Origin: Hyphomicrobiaceae bacterium
GTDB lineage: Bacteria > Pseudomonadota > Alphaproteobacteria > Rhizobiales > Hyphomicrobiaceae
Length of the DNA: 64,000 nt
Direction of reading: 5' to 3'
Assembly: GCA_965223255.1 (NCBI GenBank)
Contig: CBDCWA010000004.1
Coordinates: forward strand, 1,611,514 to 1,675,513
The translations under genes were made by a program, and so were the position numbers. Each line of letters starts with the position of its first letter. The first letter of the stretch is position 1. The notes below the pieces were generated by a model. It did not search any database. It was not told where the DNA came from and worked only from the letters and a program-made list of their open reading frames with translations. Positions 60,135 through 64,000 of this stretch are shown piece after piece.

Positions 60135-61043
60135 ATGAGCATATCGAGTGCACTGCCAAATTGGTTGTTTCAGTTTCCAGAGATGGACAAAGCTGCCTTA
60201 CGCGACCTCAAGCGATCGATTGACAGCGGCTATCGCGAGTTCTCACGTGACTGGGGCGCAAGCATCGAAGCCTTCTTCGACCCGCTCCTTGGCCTCCTGG
60301 TCAGCGTCGAATACCTGTTTCAGGCAATCCCCTGGTGGCTGGTGATTGCGATGCTCGCAAGCATTGCCTATTCGGCCTCGCGACGCTGGTCGCTGCCTCT
60401 CGGACTTGCCGTTGCACTCATCGCAATCGGTTATTTCGGGATGTGGCAGGCGATGATGTCTACAATGGCATTCATTACCGTTGCTACGGCGTTGTCGATC
60501 CTCATTGGATTTCCGATCGGCATTGCCATGGCACGCCACGATCGCGCACAATCCGTCATCACCCCCATCCTCGATGTCATGCAGACGATGCCAAACTTCG
60601 TCTACTTGATACCCGTCGTCATGTTGCTCGGGATCGGCAAGATCCCAGGTCTCATTGCCGTCGTCATCTATGCCATGCCGCCCATAATCCGCTTCACCAA
60701 CCTTGGCATTCGGCTCGTCGACAAAGAAGTCCTCGAAGCCGCCCACGCATTTGGCACGACCCATTGGCAGCGTCTTTTCAACATCGAGATTCCCATGGCC
60801 CTGCCAACGATCCTGGCCGGCGTCAATCAGACCATCATGATGGCTCTCGCCATGGTCGTGATCGCTGCAATGATCGGTGTTCAAGGACTTGGCCAACCGG
60901 TTTTAAAAGCCGTCACAAACCAGTATTTTGCGCTTGGCCTCTTTAATGGCTTGGCAATTGTCGCCCTGGCGATCATGTTCGACCGCATCACTCAGGCATT
61001 CGGGACCCGCGTGCACACTGATCGGACCGCTCCCCATGCCTGA
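60135..61043 (+). CDS. proW: ABC transporter permease (ProW-type)
   Basis: Start ATG 60135 (AGAGGT RBS); EAA-loop-like ...MPPIIRFTNLGIRLVDKEVLEAAHAFG. Confidence 0.85.
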   Translation: MSISSALPNWLFQFPEMDKAALRDLKRSIDSGYREFSRDWGASIEAFFDPLLGLLVSVEYLFQAIPWWLVIAMLASIAYSASRRWSLPLGLAVALIAIGYFGMWQAMMSTMAFITVATALSILIGFPIGIAMARHDRAQSVITPILDVMQTMPNFVYLIPVVMLLGIGKIPGLIAVVIYAMPPIIRFTNLGIRLVDKEVLEAAHAFGTTHWQRLFNIEIPMALPTILAGVNQTIMMALAMVVIAAMIGVQGLGQPVLKAVTNQYFALGLFNGLAIVALAIMFDRITQAFGTRVHTDRTAPHA

Positions 61044-62091
61044 CCAATCCCAACCAGCAATTCGCATTCGCGACCTCTACAAAATCTTCGGCCCCTCACC
61101 GAACGACGCATTGGCGGAAGTAAAAGCTGGCTTGAGCAAGGCCGATCTATTGGCACGTGATGGCCATGTCCTGGCCTTGAAGGATATAGATCTCGATATT
61201 GGAGAGGGAACGATCACCGCCATAATGGGTCTTTCAGGCAGCGGCAAATCCACACTCTTACGCCACATCAACTTCCTGATCGCACCGACCGGTGGCACTG
61301 TCGAGGTCCTCGGCCATCAGCTCAACGAGCTGACGCCAGCGGAGATTCAGCATCTTCGACGCCATACCATTTCGATGGTCTTTCAGTCCTTTGCACTGTT
61401 TCCTCACAAGACCGTTCGCGCCAACATTGCCTTCGGTCTTAGTGTCCAAGGTCGGAGCCAGGCAGAAATCATCACCACCACCAACCATTGGATCGACCGC
61501 ATGGGCTTGGTCGGCTTTGCGGACCATTATCCGGTCACCCTCTCAGGCGGCATGCAGCAACGCGTCGGCCTAGCCCGGGCGCTTGCAACTGACGCTGAAG
61601 TTTTACTACTTGATGAACCCTTCAGTGCCCTCGACCCGCTGATCCGCCAAGATATGCAGACACTACTGCTGGATCTCCAGAACGATCTCCGAAAAACCAT
61701 TGTGGTGATCAGCCATGACCTCGACGAAGCACTGAAATTGGGCGATCGTGTTCTCATCCTTGCTGAGGGCGAAGTCGTCCAGGACGCACCGCCGGCAGCG
61801 CTCCTCCTCAACCCGGCCAATGCTTATGTCGAACGCTTCACGGCCAGGATAAATTCCGCTCGTGTTCTGACATTAGGTGACATCGTCAGCCGAAATGCAG
61901 CACAATCCGGCGACATTACGTTACCGGCCAGCCTAACCCTTGAGGCGGCGCTTGAGACCATGATCGGCGCAAATGCGGTAGCGACGCTTGTCACCGATAG
62001 CGCCAATCAGCCGCTAGGCCGCGCCGACTTACACACCATCATGGCCGCCATCCGCGGCCACCAAAATTTGCGCGCAAATCCTGACAGCTGA
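61036..62091 (+). CDS. proV: ABC transporter ATP-binding protein with C-terminal CBS-like domains (ProV-type)
   Basis: Start ATG 61036 overlapping proW stop; Walker A GLSGSGKST, signature LSGGMQQRV, Walker B LLLDEPFSALD. Confidence 0.85.
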   Translation: MPDQSQPAIRIRDLYKIFGPSPNDALAEVKAGLSKADLLARDGHVLALKDIDLDIGEGTITAIMGLSGSGKSTLLRHINFLIAPTGGTVEVLGHQLNELTPAEIQHLRRHTISMVFQSFALFPHKTVRANIAFGLSVQGRSQAEIITTTNHWIDRMGLVGFADHYPVTLSGGMQQRVGLARALATDAEVLLLDEPFSALDPLIRQDMQTLLLDLQNDLRKTIVVISHDLDEALKLGDRVLILAEGEVVQDAPPAALLLNPANAYVERFTARINSARVLTLGDIVSRNAAQSGDITLPASLTLEAALETMIGANAVATLVTDSANQPLGRADLHTIMAAIRGHQNLRANPDS

Positions 62092-62463
62092 GTTGTACGA
62101 TGGCATGTCATGGACAGATCGATACGCATCACGTCCGATCAGGCACAGACTGTGGCCTTCGCGACACGCACCACACATGACCGGCTGACCTCACGAACAC
62201 CACAAGACATCAGACACAGGGAGCGTTCGTTGCTCACGACTATAGGACGAATTAACAATTTACTGCCTGTTTTTATTGGTTAATTTGAGATACATTGGCC
62301 ACAAACCGCGTTAGAGAACAAGGCCGGAACCCAGATCGCTCCCCCAGCCTCGCCGCCACATCGAACCGGATCGGCGAATCTGGCGGTTCATAGGCGGCAT
62401 TGTGACGAGAATATTTCTAGTCACTGTTCGTTGTTCAATTAGACACGCGAGGAGACTTCAATA

Positions 62464-62973
62464 TTGGACGAGGTCCGAAAAGAACTTCTCGAGTTTTTGC
62501 CACGACTAAGACGTTTCGCTCTTGGACTTACCGGAAGTCAAGATTCGGCAGATGACCTCGTGCAAGAAACATGTCTGCGCGCGTTGTCTCGTATCGACCA
62601 GTTTGAAAAGGGGACCCGATTAGACAGTTGGCTTTATCGAATTGCACAGAATGTATGGATTGACGAACGCAAAAGTGCCCGCGCTCGTACGCCACACACC
62701 GACCTCGATACAGCAGCGGACGTTGCCGACACCTTAGGACAAAACGCAATCGAAGCGCGCATAACAATGCTGGAGGTTAGCAAGGCGATCAGCCAGTTAC
62801 CCGATGATCTCAAGGTCTTAGTACTCGTCGTGTGTGTTGATGGCAGCAGCTACCAGGAGGCAGCAGAAATATGTTCCATACCGGTCGGCACCGTGATGAG
62901 CCGTTTAGCCAGAGCGAGACGCATGCTGCACGGCGCATTGAATATGCCGCATAACGAGAAGGGCAACGGTTAA
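62464..62973 (+). CDS. ECF-subfamily RNA polymerase sigma factor
   Basis: TTG start with GAGGAGA RBS; region 2 DDLVQETCLRAL...WLYRIAQN; region 4 YQEAAEICSIPVGTVMSRLARAR. Confidence 0.8.
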   Translation: MDEVRKELLEFLPRLRRFALGLTGSQDSADDLVQETCLRALSRIDQFEKGTRLDSWLYRIAQNVWIDERKSARARTPHTDLDTAADVADTLGQNAIEARITMLEVSKAISQLPDDLKVLVLVVCVDGSSYQEAAEICSIPVGTVMSRLARARRMLHGALNMPHNEKGNG

Positions 62974-63086
62974 AGAATTGGGGTTGAGAAAAAGCGACAA
63001 AGAGGTGGCAACCCAAGATAAACCAAACTTGGGCGGCTGACTGATGGATTAAAAATTGCCAGGTTTTTTAGAATTTGAACCACAAT

Positions 63087-63133
63087 CTATATGACAAAAA
63101 TTTATATGACAAAAATCTATATGACAGCAAAAT
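63087..63133. repeat. three tandem copies of a 15-bp AT-rich unit (yTATATGACAAAAAT)
   Basis: CTATATGACAAAAAT / TTATATGACAAAAAT / CTATATGACAGCAAAAT inside a roughly 250-bp AT-rich spacer in a GC-rich genome. Confidence 0.85.
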
Positions 63134-63287
63134 TATTAAAGTGACAATTAGCAACGGAACATAAGCACAAAACCAAATTAAAGAACATTAACGCGTGACA
63201 AGAAAAACGGCCGACAGTGCATTTCCCGCGCATTATAGACTTTTGGAGCAAAGGTGACCCGTGACCAAACCCGACGGACAAACAATA

Positions 63288-64000
63288 ATGGCCTACGCAG
63301 ACGGCGCATTGGATGCCGCGACGCAAGAAGCCGTTAAACAACAGATTGACCAGGACCCAGAGTCACAGGCACTGCTCCGGATTTATTTGGAGACCGGTCA
63401 GTCACTTTCTGAAGCATTTAAACCCATCTATGAAGCACCGCTTCCTGCCGCATGGATTGACTTGGTGAACAACCATGGCCGGGCTGTCTCCCGGCAAGCA
63501 GATGCGACGGCTGACGCATATATTTCCCAGCGTGGCAAATCTCTGTTCACACGCATGGTGGATCGGGCCAGGCACCTGGTATCCGGTAACTTTGATTTCA
63601 CCCCACAATTGGCAGCAGCAAGCGCGATGTTCATCTTTGCGGTCGGTGCAGGCTTTGGCTGGCTCGTGAGCATGAATCCAACGCCAACACCGGGCCATCC
63701 GGCAAACACGTCTATTGTCATGGGAGCGTTGGCGCAAGATAGTCCTATGGCCACCGCCTTGGCGCGCACGCCGAGCCGTAAGGCAGCATTTTGGAAAACG
63801 GCAGCGGGGACTGACGCCGCCTTCATGCCGATCATGAGTTTTCAAACTAAGGACCGCCGCCTTTGCCGCCAGTTTATATATCGCACTACAACACGTGCTG
63901 GCGTCAGCGGCCTCGCCTGCAAACACGCAACCGGCGGTTGGCGCATCGAAGTCGCAGGGAATGCCAACATCCCGATCCTCAACAAGGATAACGTGAAGAC
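63288..64000 (+). CDS. anti-sigma factor (membrane-spanning), 5'-partial: runs off the window end
   Basis: Open frame from ATG 63288 to the window edge, absent from the ORF track because it has no stop. MAYADGALDAATQEAVKQQIDQDPESQALL matches the common anti-sigma N-terminal motif (AYxDGELdxxxxxxVexhL). TM segment AAASAMFIFAVGAGFGWLV. Confidence 0.6.
   Translation, partial: MAYADGALDAATQEAVKQQIDQDPESQALLRIYLETGQSLSEAFKPIYEAPLPAAWIDLVNNHGRAVSRQADATADAYISQRGKSLFTRMVDRARHLVSGNFDFTPQLAAASAMFIFAVGAGFGWLVSMNPTPTPGHPANTSIVMGALAQDSPMATALARTPSRKAAFWKTAAGTDAAFMPIMSFQTKDRRLCRQFIYRTTTRAGVSGLACKHATGGWRIEVAGNANIPILNKDNVK

Noticed and set aside
63402-63926. Minus-strand ORFs of 174 and 135 aa
   Set aside because: They are antisense to the open, anti-sigma-like plus-strand frame starting at 63288, which has a recognisable N-terminal motif and a TM helix.

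Overview
This 64-kb window is a chromosomal accessory-type stretch from a mid/high-GC proteobacterium; the gene content looks alphaproteobacterial. Reading left to right, it carries the following. (1) Assorted hydrolases and an exported MsrA. (2) A striking island at about 5-19 kb. It holds a sigma54-type promoter and a secreted protein made almost entirely of Gly-Met-X triplets (about 80 of them, about 30% Met). Next comes an operon for two c-type cytochromes, a Tat-exported DmsA-family molybdopterin oxidoreductase, a DmsB-like 4x[4Fe-4S] subunit and a TorD-like chaperone. On the opposite strand is a sigma54-dependent two-component system whose sensor kinase carries a periplasmic CXXCH motif, co-transcribed with a polyferredoxin from a second consensus sigma54 promoter. 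(3) An OmpW porin with a bidirectional terminator. (4) Two aromatic/xenobiotic catabolic clusters: TauD, LLM monooxygenases, GST, a LigAB-like extradiol dioxygenase and an FAD monooxygenase; then marR-ligI-ligA-ligB-ligC (protocatechuate 4,5-cleavage). They are separated by a tRNA locus with a duplicated tRNA 5'-half flanking an SPFH-protein gene. (5) An exopolysaccharide cluster: GT4, GT2 and a flippase. (6) A Rieske oxygenase and an Ldh_2 dehydrogenase. (7) A classic RpoE-ChrR singlet-oxygen-type regulon: CFA-synthase-like methyltransferases, DUF1365, amine oxidase, DUF1295 and DUF2177. (8) A proXWV-type betaine ABC transporter. (9) A second ECF sigma/anti-sigma pair whose anti-sigma gene runs off the window end. 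I found no CRISPR array, rRNA, transposase or integrase. All calls rest on motif reading and remembered family signatures, without any database search. Several start codons are uncertain.
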